The notes under the pieces were generated by a model. That model ran no database searches, was not told the origin of the DNA, and saw nothing but the letters and a program-made list of their open reading frames with translations. From the NCBI GenBank assembly GCA_038131655.1, contig JAYPPT010000001.1, forward strand, positions 537,447 to 601,446: 64,000 nucleotides of DNA, read 5' to 3'. Made by a program: the position numbers and the translations under genes. Shown piece by piece: positions 50,297 to 59,787 of the stretch (positions are counted from its first letter, which is position 1; every line of letters begins with the position of its first letter). This DNA is from Alphaproteobacteria bacterium. Its GTDB lineage: Bacteria; Pseudomonadota; Alphaproteobacteria; SMXQ01.

Positions 50297-51451
50297 ATGC
50301 GTAAGAAGTCCGATTTTCCGAGTTTTTCCGCCGCCGAAATGACGGCGCGCCACGCCAAGGTGCAGGACCTGATGGCGCGTGAGCGCCTCGATGGCTTGCT
50401 GGTGTACGGCACCGGGCGGTTTTCCTCGGACATCATGTGGCTCACCGATTGGCCCGGTTCGCGCGAAGCCTTCGTCCTGTTCCAGCCCGATGCCGAACCG
50501 CTGGTACTGCTCCAGTTGTTCAACCATGTGCCGATGGCGAAGGCCCTGTCGGTGATTGAGGACGTGCGCTGGGCCGGGGCCAATACCGCCGGCACGGTGA
50601 TCCGCGCCTTGCGCGAGCGTAAGCTCGACGGCATGCGCATCGGCCTGGTCGGCGCCTTGCCGTACCGTTACTACATGGCGTTTCAGGATGAACTTGACGG
50701 CGCCATGTTCAAGGACATGCAAAGCCAGTTCCGCATGATGCGGACCGTGCGCAGCGCCGAAGAGCTGGAGCGGATCAAGTTCGCTTCCGAACTGACCGAC
50801 AAGTCCATCGCCGCGGTGGCCGCCGGGCTGAAGCCCGGCATGGCGGAAAGCGAAATCCCGGCCCTGATCGAACCGGTTTACCTGAACGAAAGCGGCTACG
50901 CCGGGATTCACTTTATGTCGTCCATGCCCATGCGCGATCCCGATTCGCCGGTGCCGGCGCAGTACCAGTCATCGCGCAAGCTGGCCAACGGCGATTGCCT
51001 GATCACCGAGATTTCCGGCGCCCATTGGGGCTATTCGGGGCAGATTCACCGCACCTTTTCGCTCGGCGAGGGGCCGACACCGGAATGGAAGGCCATGCAC
51101 GACGTCGCGGTCGAGGCGCTGGAGGTGATGGAGAACCTTATCAAGGACGGGGTCACCAGCAAGCAGGTGGAGGACGCCGCCGACATCATTCATGAGCGCG
51201 GCTACACCATCCTCGACGACTTGTTGCATGGGGTGAACCAGTATCCGCCCATCATCCAGACCGGCAGGGCCAAGCGCCATCGCGGACGCGACCTGACCTT
51301 CCGCGAGGGCATGGCGATCACCATTCAGCCCAACGTCATGACCATAGACCAGCGCATGGGCCTGCAGTTCGGCGAAAGCTTCATCGTGCGCAAGGATGGG
51401 CTGGAGCGCCTTAACGCTTATCCGCGCGAATGGATCGTTTGCGGCGGCTGA
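50297..51451 (+). CDS. M24-family metallopeptidase (Xaa-Pro aminopeptidase/creatinase-like)
   Basis: Creatinase-type N-terminal domain plus pita-bread catalytic domain (...HGVNQYPPI..., ...ITIQPNV...). 384 aa. Confidence 0.75.
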   Translation: MRKKSDFPSFSAAEMTARHAKVQDLMARERLDGLLVYGTGRFSSDIMWLTDWPGSREAFVLFQPDAEPLVLLQLFNHVPMAKALSVIEDVRWAGANTAGTVIRALRERKLDGMRIGLVGALPYRYYMAFQDELDGAMFKDMQSQFRMMRTVRSAEELERIKFASELTDKSIAAVAAGLKPGMAESEIPALIEPVYLNESGYAGIHFMSSMPMRDPDSPVPAQYQSSRKLANGDCLITEISGAHWGYSGQIHRTFSLGEGPTPEWKAMHDVAVEALEVMENLIKDGVTSKQVEDAADIIHERGYTILDDLLHGVNQYPPIIQTGRAKRHRGRDLTFREGMAITIQPNVMTIDQRMGLQFGESFIVRKDGLERLNAYPREWIVCGG

Positions 51452-51465
51452 GCGCGCCGTGCCCT

Positions 51466-51500
51466 AAAAAAGGCCGCACCTTTGGGTGCGGCCTTTTTTG
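51466..51500. terminator. Bidirectional rho-independent terminator between the peptidase and RND genes
   Basis: AAAAAAGGCCGCACC-tttg-GGTGCGGCCTTTTTT: an A-tract, a GC-rich stem-loop and a T-tract serve convergent genes. Confidence 0.65.
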
Positions 51501-51505
51501 TTGGC

Positions 51506-54500
51506 CTATTCGGCCGGTGCGGGAATGCGGGGGCTGTCCGCTTTCTTGCCGCGCCGGGAAAGCCAGGTTTGCGCCCGGTCGAGGTAGAGATAGATCACCG
51601 GGGTCAGGTAAAGCGTCAGCAACTGAGACAGGATCAGGCCGCCGACCACCGCGAGACCCAGCGGGCGTCGGGATTCGGCGCCCGCGCCGTGCCCGAGCGC
51701 GATGGGTAGCGTGCCCATGATGGCGGCGAAGGTCGTCATCATGATCGGGCGGAACCGCACCAGGCAGGCGTTGTAGATCGCTTCGTGGGGCGGTGCCTTT
51801 TCCTCGCGCTGGTTGGTCAGCGCGAAGTCGATCATCATGATGGCGTTCTTTTTGACGATGCCGATCAGCATGATGATGCCGACGAAGGAGAACAGGTTCA
51901 GGGTTTCGCCGAACACCATCAGGGTAATCAGCGCGCCTACGCCCGCCGACGGCAGGCCCGATAGGATGGTCAGCGGGTGGATGAAGCTCTCGTACAGGAT
52001 GCCCAGCACGATATAGACCACCAGCATCGCCATGATCAGCAGCAGCCCCAGTCCCTGGAAGGATTTCTGGAATGCCTCCGCCGTGCCCGCGAAGCTGGCG
52101 CTGACGCCCGCAGGCTTTTTCAGTTCCACCTCAAGCTGGCGGATGCGGTCGATGGCGCTGCCTAGCGGCAAGCTTGACGCCAGGTTGAAGGTGACGGTTA
52201 CGGCGGGCAACTGGCCCTGGTGGTTGATGCTGAGCGGCCCGACGCTTGAGGTAAAGGTCGTCACCGCGCCCAGCGGGATCAGCTTGCCGCCGGTGCCCCG
52301 GACATAGAGCCGGGACAGTGCCGTCGGATCCTGACGGAACTGCGGCGCCACTTGCAAGATCACCTTGTACTGGTTCGACGGCGTATAGATCGTCGTCAAG
52401 CGCTGTTCGCCGAAGGCGCTGGCGAGTGCCAGTTCGATCTGCTCGGCGCTGACACCGACCGAGGAGGCCTTGTTGCGATCAATGGTCACCACCAGTTGCG
52501 GGCTGGCGATATCGGCGTCGGATGAGACGTCAAGAAATCCCGGCTCATGGGATAGGGCATCTTGCAGGCGCGCGGCCACGTCGTAGAGCTGGTCGAGATC
52601 GAGGCCCTGAAGCGTGTACTGGTACTCGGCCTTGGAGGATCGCCCGCCGATGCGGATCGCCGGAGGATTGTTCACGCGGGCCGAGATGCCGGTGACGCGG
52701 CGCACCTTCTGGCGCAGTTCCTGGATGACAGCCCGTATGTCCTTGCCGCCGCGCTCGGCTTTCGGTTTCAGGCGAAGGACGAACTGTCCTTCGTTCGACC
52801 CGCGCCGCGAGCCGCCGCCGACACGCGACAGGAAGCCCTCGATGTTGGGGTCGTTCTCCAGAAGCCGGGCGAGCGCCATCTGGTGACGGAGCATGTTCTC
52901 GTAGGACGCATCCTGGGCGCCCTCGGTGGTGATGTTCAGCCGTCCCGTGTCTTCCGACGGCAGGAAATCCTTCGGCACGATGACGTAAAGCCACGCAGTC
53001 AGGAAAATGGTGGCGAAAAAGCACATCAGGACCGAGAACTGGTGACGCAGGCACCATTGCAGGGACAGGTCATAGACCCGCAGCATGGCGTTGAAGCCGC
53101 GTTCGGTGACCTGGTAGAAGCGGCCTTGATGGGGCGTGTCGTGGGCCTTGATAAAGCGCGAACACATCATCGGCGTCAGGGTCAGGGACACGAAGCCCGA
53201 TACGATAATGGCGGCGACAACGGTGACCGCGAACTCGTTCAGCAGGCGGCCCAGAACACCGCCCATGAACAGCACCGGGATGAACACCGCGGCGAGGGAA
53301 AGCGTCATCGAAATGATGGTGAAGCCGATTTCGCGTGCGCCTTTTATGGCGGCTTCCATCGGCTTCATGCCGCGTTCCATGTGACGGACGATATTCTCCA
53401 GCATGACGATGGCGTCGTCGACGACGAAGCCGACGCATAGTGTCAGCGCCATCAGCGACAGGTTGTCGAGGGAGAATCCGAACAGGTACATGATGCCGAA
53501 GGTGCCCACGATGGACAGCGGCAGGGCGAGAGACGGAATCAGGGTCGCCGACATGTTGCGCAGGAAAATGAAAATGACCATGACCACCAGCGCGGCCGCC
53601 AGCACCAGGGTGAACTGGACGTCATTGATAGAGGCGCGGATGGATTCCGTGCGGTCGTAGATGATGTCGAGATTGACCGACGCGGGAAGCGTTTCGCGGA
53701 AGCCCGGCAGCAGTTCCTTGACCGCTTCCACCACCTTGACGGTGTTGGAACCGGGCTGGCGCTGTACCGCTAGGATCACCGCGCGGGAGTTGCCGTACCA
53801 GGCGGACTGGCGTTCGTTTTCAAGCCCGGTGCGCACCGTGCCGATATCGCCAAGCCGCACCGGCGCGCCGTTGCGATAGGTGATGATTTCGCGTGCGAAA
53901 CTGGCCGCGTTGAACAACTGCCCCGTGGTTTGCAGGGTGGTCGTCTTGTCCGGGCCATCGAGCTGGCCCACGGGCATGTTGGAGTTCGACTGGTCGATGG
54001 CCTTGCGCAACTCGTCGATGCCGATATTGCGACTGGCGAGCTTGTGCGGATCCACTTCGACGCGAACGGCGAACTTGCTTGCGCCGAAGATATCCACCTC
54101 GGCGACACCAGAGACCATGGATATGCGCTGGGCGAGGCGCGTTTCCGCGTATTCGTTGACGGTCGCCAGCGGCAGGGTCGGGGACGAGACCGCGATGAAG
54201 AATATCGGGCTGGCCGCCGGGTTGACCTTGCGGAAGTTGGGCGGCGAGGGCATCGGCGGCAGGCTGCGCGCGGCGGAGGAAAGTGCCGCCTGCACGTCCT
54301 GGGCGGCGGCATCGATGTCGCGGTCGAGATCGAAGACCAAGGTGATCGTAGTCGAGCCGAGGCGCGACGTAGACGTCATCGATTCGATGCCTGCGATGGA
54401 GGAAAACTCGGCCTCCAGCGGGGTCGCCACCGATGAGGCCATGGTTTCCGGGCTGGCGCCGGGCACGCTGGCGGTGACGCGAATGGTGGGGAAGTCGACG

Positions 54501-54616
54501 TTTGGCAGTTCGCTGACCGGCAGGCTGCGGTAGGCAAGGGTGCCGAACAGCAGCAGCGCCGCCATCAGCAGCGTCGTCATCACCGGGCGGCGGATGCAAA
54601 GTTCGGGCAGGGTCAT
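51506..54616 (-). CDS. RND multidrug efflux transporter (AcrB/MexB-like, HAE1 family)
   Basis: 1036 aa, 12 TM helices and two large periplasmic loops. 4-nt overlap with the upstream adaptor gene. Confidence 0.9.
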   Translation of the reverse strand: MTLPELCIRRPVMTTLLMAALLLFGTLAYRSLPVSELPNVDFPTIRVTASVPGASPETMASSVATPLEAEFSSIAGIESMTSTSRLGSTTITLVFDLDRDIDAAAQDVQAALSSAARSLPPMPSPPNFRKVNPAASPIFFIAVSSPTLPLATVNEYAETRLAQRISMVSGVAEVDIFGASKFAVRVEVDPHKLASRNIGIDELRKAIDQSNSNMPVGQLDGPDKTTTLQTTGQLFNAASFAREIITYRNGAPVRLGDIGTVRTGLENERQSAWYGNSRAVILAVQRQPGSNTVKVVEAVKELLPGFRETLPASVNLDIIYDRTESIRASINDVQFTLVLAAALVVMVIFIFLRNMSATLIPSLALPLSIVGTFGIMYLFGFSLDNLSLMALTLCVGFVVDDAIVMLENIVRHMERGMKPMEAAIKGAREIGFTIISMTLSLAAVFIPVLFMGGVLGRLLNEFAVTVVAAIIVSGFVSLTLTPMMCSRFIKAHDTPHQGRFYQVTERGFNAMLRVYDLSLQWCLRHQFSVLMCFFATIFLTAWLYVIVPKDFLPSEDTGRLNITTEGAQDASYENMLRHQMALARLLENDPNIEGFLSRVGGGSRRGSNEGQFVLRLKPKAERGGKDIRAVIQELRQKVRRVTGISARVNNPPAIRIGGRSSKAEYQYTLQGLDLDQLYDVAARLQDALSHEPGFLDVSSDADIASPQLVVTIDRNKASSVGVSAEQIELALASAFGEQRLTTIYTPSNQYKVILQVAPQFRQDPTALSRLYVRGTGGKLIPLGAVTTFTSSVGPLSINHQGQLPAVTVTFNLASSLPLGSAIDRIRQLEVELKKPAGVSASFAGTAEAFQKSFQGLGLLLIMAMLVVYIVLGILYESFIHPLTILSGLPSAGVGALITLMVFGETLNLFSFVGIIMLIGIVKKNAIMMIDFALTNQREEKAPPHEAIYNACLVRFRPIMMTTFAAIMGTLPIALGHGAGAESRRPLGLAVVGGLILSQLLTLYLTPVIYLYLDRAQTWLSRRGKKADSPRIPAPAE

Positions 54617-55884
54617 GAGCCGTTCCCTTCTTCCTTGCGCTTCTTGCGCTTTTTCTTCTTGGGCGGCTCGCCCTCGGCCGAGGCGGCGCTTTTATCGCCG
54701 GCTGCGCCACGGGCGCGGATGCGAGCGCCGGGCACCAGGTTAAGCTGGCCGTCGGTGACGATCTTTTCGCCGGTTTTCAGGCCCGCCGTGACAACCGTGT
54801 AGTTGACGTAGGTGTCGGCGATGGTAATGGGGCGCAACTCGGCGGTGTTTTTGTCGGTGGCGACATAGACGAAATGGCCCTTCTGGCCGACCTGCACCGC
54901 GGATGACGGGATAACCGTGGCGTTGGGACGATCCTTCAGGGTCAGCGAGACGTTGACGAAGGCGCCCGGCGTCAGCGATTCGTCGTCGTTGGGGAAGGTG
55001 GCTTTCAACTGGATGGTGCCGGTGCCGACATCAACCATGTTGTTGATGAAGCTCAGCGTGCCTTTGTGAACGGTCGCGTTCTCACCGGCCAGTTGCGCTT
55101 CCACGGCCACTTGTCTGGCGGTCATCAGGTCGCGCAATGTCCGCAGGTGCTGTTCGGGCACCGAAAAGGATACATAGACCGGCCGCAACTGGGTCAGGGT
55201 AACCAGCGGGTTGGCGTCGTTGGCCTTGACCAGGTTGCCGACGCTGATCAGCAGGTTGCCGCTCCGCCCGTCGATGGGGGCAACGATGGTGGTGTATTCA
55301 AGCTGTAGTTTGGCCTGGTCCACGGCGGCCTGGTCGGCGGCGAGCACCGCACCGGCGGCGGCGTTGGAGGCCTTGACCTCTTCGTACTTCTGGCGCGAGG
55401 CATAGCCCATGCCCACCAGTTCGGCGTAGCGCGCCAGTTCGGTCTTGGTCTTTTCGAACTGGGCGTGGTCGCGGTCCAGGTTGGCCTGGGCCTGGCGCAG
55501 GCTGACGTTAAAGGGGCGCGGATCGATGCGGAAGAGCTTCTGGCCTTTCTTTACGCGATCGCCTTCGGCGAAGAAGGACTCGATAAGCTGCCCGTCCACG
55601 CGGGCCTTGATGGCGACGGTCGCCAGGGCCTGCACGGAACCGATGGCGTGAAGCTGCAGGGGGGCCGCCCGCGTTTCGACGGGGGCGATGGAAACCGTGA
55701 CGGTGCCGCCACCGCTGCGCCGACCCTTGCGGCCCTTGCGCTCGCCGCCGTTGCCGGCGCCGGCCTTGGCGGTTTGTGCCTGGTCCTTGCCCTTGAACAG
55801 GCCGGCGATGGGGTCGCGATAGGCATAGCCGGCGAGCACAAGGCCAAGCACGACCGCCCCTGAAGCGATGATTTTTACGTTCAT
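54613..55884 (-). CDS. RND efflux periplasmic adaptor (membrane-fusion protein) with a K/R-rich C-terminal tail
   Basis: N-terminal anchor, coiled-coil hairpin and beta-barrel MFP domains. The C-terminus ends ...EPPKKKKRKKRKEEGNGS. No outer-membrane factor gene is adjacent. Confidence 0.85.
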   Translation of the reverse strand: MNVKIIASGAVVLGLVLAGYAYRDPIAGLFKGKDQAQTAKAGAGNGGERKGRKGRRSGGGTVTVSIAPVETRAAPLQLHAIGSVQALATVAIKARVDGQLIESFFAEGDRVKKGQKLFRIDPRPFNVSLRQAQANLDRDHAQFEKTKTELARYAELVGMGYASRQKYEEVKASNAAAGAVLAADQAAVDQAKLQLEYTTIVAPIDGRSGNLLISVGNLVKANDANPLVTLTQLRPVYVSFSVPEQHLRTLRDLMTARQVAVEAQLAGENATVHKGTLSFINNMVDVGTGTIQLKATFPNDDESLTPGAFVNVSLTLKDRPNATVIPSSAVQVGQKGHFVYVATDKNTAELRPITIADTYVNYTVVTAGLKTGEKIVTDGQLNLVPGARIRARGAAGDKSAASAEGEPPKKKKRKKRKEEGNGS

Positions 55885-56368
55885 TCTGTTGTCCTTAGGG
55901 GGCCCAGATGGCCACGCGCACGAAGACGCGCGCCGGACCGGCGGGATGGGAGGAGGCGCGGGACCAAACGAAACTGTTCGCCATGGCTCGGGACCGTCTT
56001 GCGGTCAAAAGGCGCCGACGGGCGCCAGGTGCCGATGGAGGAGTGCGATAGGAGAGCATCTGCGCCGCCGGTTGCCCGGCTTACCCCACCAAAACGGCCG
56101 TGGAATGGTCTTCCGCTCTTCCCCGCGTGCCCTAAGCCGACGGGGCGCCTTTTCGCGGCGGTTCCCAGGCGGTCCACTCCCATCGAATGAATGCGCGTCG
56201 ATCATGGCAGAAACAAGGCAATGCGCATTCCGCCGATTCGTTTTCGGCGTACCCTCTTGGGGTCGGTTGCGATCCGGGTACCTGTGCTATATTGGCGCCG
56301 TTCCGGGGGGACGCCCGGACAAGCTTTCAAGGTCTCCAAGGGGCCGGTTACAGGGGAGGACAATCAAT

Positions 56369-58708
56369 ATGGGTCAGTACGCAATCGGACAAGGGGTGCC
56401 GCGGTCGGAAGATCCGCGCCTGCTGCGCGGCGGCGGACGCTACGTCGACGACATCAAGCTGGCGCGCATGGTGTTCGGCGTGGTCGTGCGTTCCCCCCAT
56501 GCCCATGCGCGAATCAAGGGCATTGATACCTCGGCGGCACTGGCCGCGCCGGGGGTGCTGGCGGTCCTCACCGGCGCCGACTGGAAAGCGTCCGGCTTTG
56601 GCGATATCCCCGGCGCCGGCGGCCTCAGCTTGCGCGACGGCACCAAGATGTTCCTGCCGCCGACCCCGGCGCTGGTTACCGACCGCGTCCGGCGGGTCGG
56701 CGATTACGTTGCCTTCGTCGTTGCCGAAACCCAGGTTCAGGCTCAGGACGCGGCGGAATTGGTAGAGGTGGATTACGAGCCGCTGCCTTCGGTCACCGAT
56801 ACCGAAGGTGCCCTGGCGCCGGATGCGCCGCTGGTCTGGGACGAAGTGGCGAACAATATTTCCTTCGTCCATACCGGCGGCGACAAGAATAAGACCGATG
56901 CGGCATTCGCCAATGCCGCACATGTGGTCAGTGAGAAACTGGTGATCAACCGCGTTGTCGCCGCGGCGATGGAGCCGCGTTCGTGCATCGGCGAATACAA
57001 CCGGGCCGAGGATAGCTACACCCTCTACACCACCAGCCAGGGAGTACACACCTACCGCGCCGCGGTGGCGGGCAAAATCCTGAAGGTGCCGGAAAGTTCC
57101 GTGCGCGTGGTGGCACCCGATGTCGGCGGCTCGTTCGGCATGAAGTCGGGCATCTATAATGAAAACGGCCTGGTGCTGCTGGCCTCGAAGGTGCTGGGTC
57201 GTCCGGTCAAGTGGACCAGCACCCGCGCAGAAGCGATCCTGTCCGATTCCCAGGGCCGCGATTGCGTCGTCACGGTCGAACTGGCGCTGGACAAAGACAA
57301 CCGCTTCACCGGCCTGCGGGTCAATTCGGTTGCGGCGCTGGGTTGCTGCCTGATGCAGGGCACGCCCAACCCCGCCTACAACAACCTGGGTGGTATCGCG
57401 GGGGTGTACAAAATTCCGGCGATCAGTGTCGATGTCACCGGCGTCTTTACCCACACCGTACCACTGCGTCCCTATCGTGGCGCCGGGCGTCCGGAAGCCT
57501 CGTTCATGATCGAGCGTATCGTTGACGTGGCCGCCGACCAGCTTGGCGTGGACCCGGTAGAACTGCGCCGCATCAACACCATCGCGCCCACAGACATGCC
57601 GTTCAAGACGGCGTTGACGTTCAATTACGATTCCGGTGACTTTGAAAAGAACCTCGACCTGGCGCTGGAGCAGGCGGATTACAAGGGGTTCCCCGCCCGC
57701 CGGGCGGAAGCGAAGACGCGCGGTAAGCTGCGCGGTATCGGCTTTTCCAACTGCATCGAAAAGGCCGCCTCCCCCGGTGTCGAGGGGGCGGAACTGAAAT
57801 TCGACCGCGCCGGGACCGCGACGCTCAATGCCGGGTCGGTCAGCGGCGGCCAGGGCCATGAAACCGTGTTCAAGCAGATTGTCTGCGAACGGCTCGGCCT
57901 CGACTTCAAGGATGTGCGCTACGTGTCGGGCGACACCGATACTGTGCCCTTCGGGCACGGCTCCGGCGGGTCGCGTTCTTCGGCGCTCGGTTCGTCCGCG
58001 GTGCTGCTCGCCACCAACAAGGTCATCAAGAAAGCGACGCGGATTGCCGCCCATATGATGGAAGTGGATGAAGGCGACGTGAGTTTCGATGCGGGCGTGT
58101 TTTCATCGTCGAAATCGAACAAGTCGTTGACCATCAAGGATGTGGCCAAGGCGGCCGTGAACCCGAAGATGCTGCCCCCCGATGTCGAACCGGGACTGGT
58201 GGAAAGCGCCGTCCATGTCGCCAAGGCGGCGAATTATCCCAACGGCGCACACGTTTGCGAGCTGGAAGTGGACGAGGAAACCGGCCGCATCGAGCTGGTC
58301 AACTATTCCGTGATCGACGATGTCGGCGCGGTCCTCAACATGAACCTCATGCGCGGCCAGGTGCATGGCGGCATCGCCCAGGGCGCGGGGCAGATCCTGA
58401 AAGAGGACATGGCTTACGATCCCGATACCGGCCAGCCGCTGACCGGCACGTTCATGGATTACGCCATGCCGAGGGCGGCGGATTTCTGCAAGTTGACCGT
58501 GAACGTCAACTGCGTGCCGACCAAGACCAACCCGCTCGGCGTCAAGGGCGTCGGCGAAGCGGGCTCCGTTGGTTCCATGCCCGCCGTTGCCAACGCCATC
58601 GTCGATGCGCTCAGTGTCTACGGTATTCGCAACGTGCCCATGCCGGCCTCGCCCGAGCGCATCTGGCGCCTGATCCGCGATGCCCGCGCCGGCCAGGCGG
58701 CGGAGTAG
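56369..58708 (+). CDS. Molybdopterin-dependent dehydrogenase large subunit (xanthine dehydrogenase/CoxL family)
   Basis: Start MGQYAIGQGVPRSEDPRLLRG... with GGGGAGGA 8 nt upstream. 779 aa, Ald_Xan_dh_C and MoCo-binding domains. No small (2Fe-2S) or medium (FAD) subunit gene within 10 kb. Confidence 0.85.
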   Translation: MGQYAIGQGVPRSEDPRLLRGGGRYVDDIKLARMVFGVVVRSPHAHARIKGIDTSAALAAPGVLAVLTGADWKASGFGDIPGAGGLSLRDGTKMFLPPTPALVTDRVRRVGDYVAFVVAETQVQAQDAAELVEVDYEPLPSVTDTEGALAPDAPLVWDEVANNISFVHTGGDKNKTDAAFANAAHVVSEKLVINRVVAAAMEPRSCIGEYNRAEDSYTLYTTSQGVHTYRAAVAGKILKVPESSVRVVAPDVGGSFGMKSGIYNENGLVLLASKVLGRPVKWTSTRAEAILSDSQGRDCVVTVELALDKDNRFTGLRVNSVAALGCCLMQGTPNPAYNNLGGIAGVYKIPAISVDVTGVFTHTVPLRPYRGAGRPEASFMIERIVDVAADQLGVDPVELRRINTIAPTDMPFKTALTFNYDSGDFEKNLDLALEQADYKGFPARRAEAKTRGKLRGIGFSNCIEKAASPGVEGAELKFDRAGTATLNAGSVSGGQGHETVFKQIVCERLGLDFKDVRYVSGDTDTVPFGHGSGGSRSSALGSSAVLLATNKVIKKATRIAAHMMEVDEGDVSFDAGVFSSSKSNKSLTIKDVAKAAVNPKMLPPDVEPGLVESAVHVAKAANYPNGAHVCELEVDEETGRIELVNYSVIDDVGAVLNMNLMRGQVHGGIAQGAGQILKEDMAYDPDTGQPLTGTFMDYAMPRAADFCKLTVNVNCVPTKTNPLGVKGVGEAGSVGSMPAVANAIVDALSVYGIRNVPMPASPERIWRLIRDARAGQAAE

Positions 58709-58712
58709 ATTG

Positions 58713-58744
58713 AAAAAGGCCCGGCAATGCCGGGCCTTTTTTGT
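58713..58744. terminator. Bidirectional rho-independent terminator
   Basis: AAAAAGGCCCGGCAATGCCGGGCCTTTTTT between convergent genes. Confidence 0.65.
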
Positions 58745-58747
58745 GGC

Positions 58748-59668
58748 TCAGGGCTTTACGGCATTGGCCGGCCAGCCGCCGGGCTTCGGCGCGGGATCGC
58801 CGGTCGCCTCGCACCAGTAGCTGGCATCGTAGAAATGCTCCACCGGGTGGTGGGGGGGCGGGTAGACGCCGAGCTCGATGCGCAGTTCCATGTTCTTGCG
58901 GATGGCATCGGGGTGAATGGCCCCGCGCGGCACCACGCGGACATAGGCGTGGTCGGCCCGTTCGCGGGTCAGGCCTTCTTCCGACATCAGCAGGTCCAGC
59001 GTTTCTTCCTTGTTGGCGGGATCGAGCAGCCAGTCGGTCGAAGCCGCCCAGGCGCGGATGAAGCGCACGACGATATCGCGGTTTTCCTCGACCCAGGACC
59101 GGCGGCTCCAGCCGCAGGCCAGCGGCCAGTCGGGAACGTAATCGGCGCCATCGGCCAGGATCACGGCACCGGCCTTGATCACCTTGTCCGACGACGGCGG
59201 CGTCAGCATTGCCGCCGATACCTTGCCCGCCAGGAACGCCTTGGCGCGTTCGGGAGTGTTGCCGATGATGTCCACCTCGTAGTCCGATTCCATCAGTCCG
59301 TGCATCCGCATGATCTTCATGCGGATAAGGTCGAGATTCGAGTCGCCCGGATCGCCCGCCAGCACCTTGCCGCGCAGATCCTCGATCTTCTCGATTCCGG
59401 GCTGGCCCAGCAGGTGCACGCCGAGACCTTCTTCGGCCTGCATGAACAGCACATAATCAACGCCGTCCCGCGTGGCCCGGGCGATCATGGTATCGGCCGA
59501 CGACAGCGTCATGTTCCACTTGCCGGCGGCCATTTCCTCATTGTGCTGGGGCGCTAGCTTGGCGACGTGAAATTCGATTTCCAGCCCTTCCTTGGTGAAA
59601 AGGCCCTTGGCATCGGCCACCACATGGGGCGGGCGGCGCGAATAACCGCTGACGGTAACGTGATCCAT
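58748..59668 (-). CDS. NMT1/THI5-like ABC substrate-binding protein (nitrate/sulfonate/bicarbonate family), orphan
   Basis: Internal Met start (MDHVTVSGYS...). About 306 aa with a periplasmic-binding-protein type 2 fold. No permease or ATPase adjacent. The start coordinate is frame-derived, ±1. Confidence 0.6.
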   Translation of the reverse strand: MDHVTVSGYSRRPPHVVADAKGLFTKEGLEIEFHVAKLAPQHNEEMAAGKWNMTLSSADTMIARATRDGVDYVLFMQAEEGLGVHLLGQPGIEKIEDLRGKVLAGDPGDSNLDLIRMKIMRMHGLMESDYEVDIIGNTPERAKAFLAGKVSAAMLTPPSSDKVIKAGAVILADGADYVPDWPLACGWSRRSWVEENRDIVVRFIRAWAASTDWLLDPANKEETLDLLMSEEGLTRERADHAYVRVVPRGAIHPDAIRKNMELRIELGVYPPPHHPVEHFYDASYWCEATGDPAPKPGGWPANAVKP

Positions 59669-59787
59669 GGAGGATTCCCTGTTGTTTCTTGTTGATAAGC
59701 GGAGCCTAGCAGGGATGACGCCGTCACCCAAATAGACTCACGCCCCGCCGCGTTTTAAGTTTCGTCTCCAACCAGGGGAGAAAGCCG

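Noticed and set aside
56348-58054. 568-aa minus-strand ORF inside the CoxL-like gene
   Set aside because: Antisense artefact. Its translation is Arg/Gly-rich with no recognisable fold.
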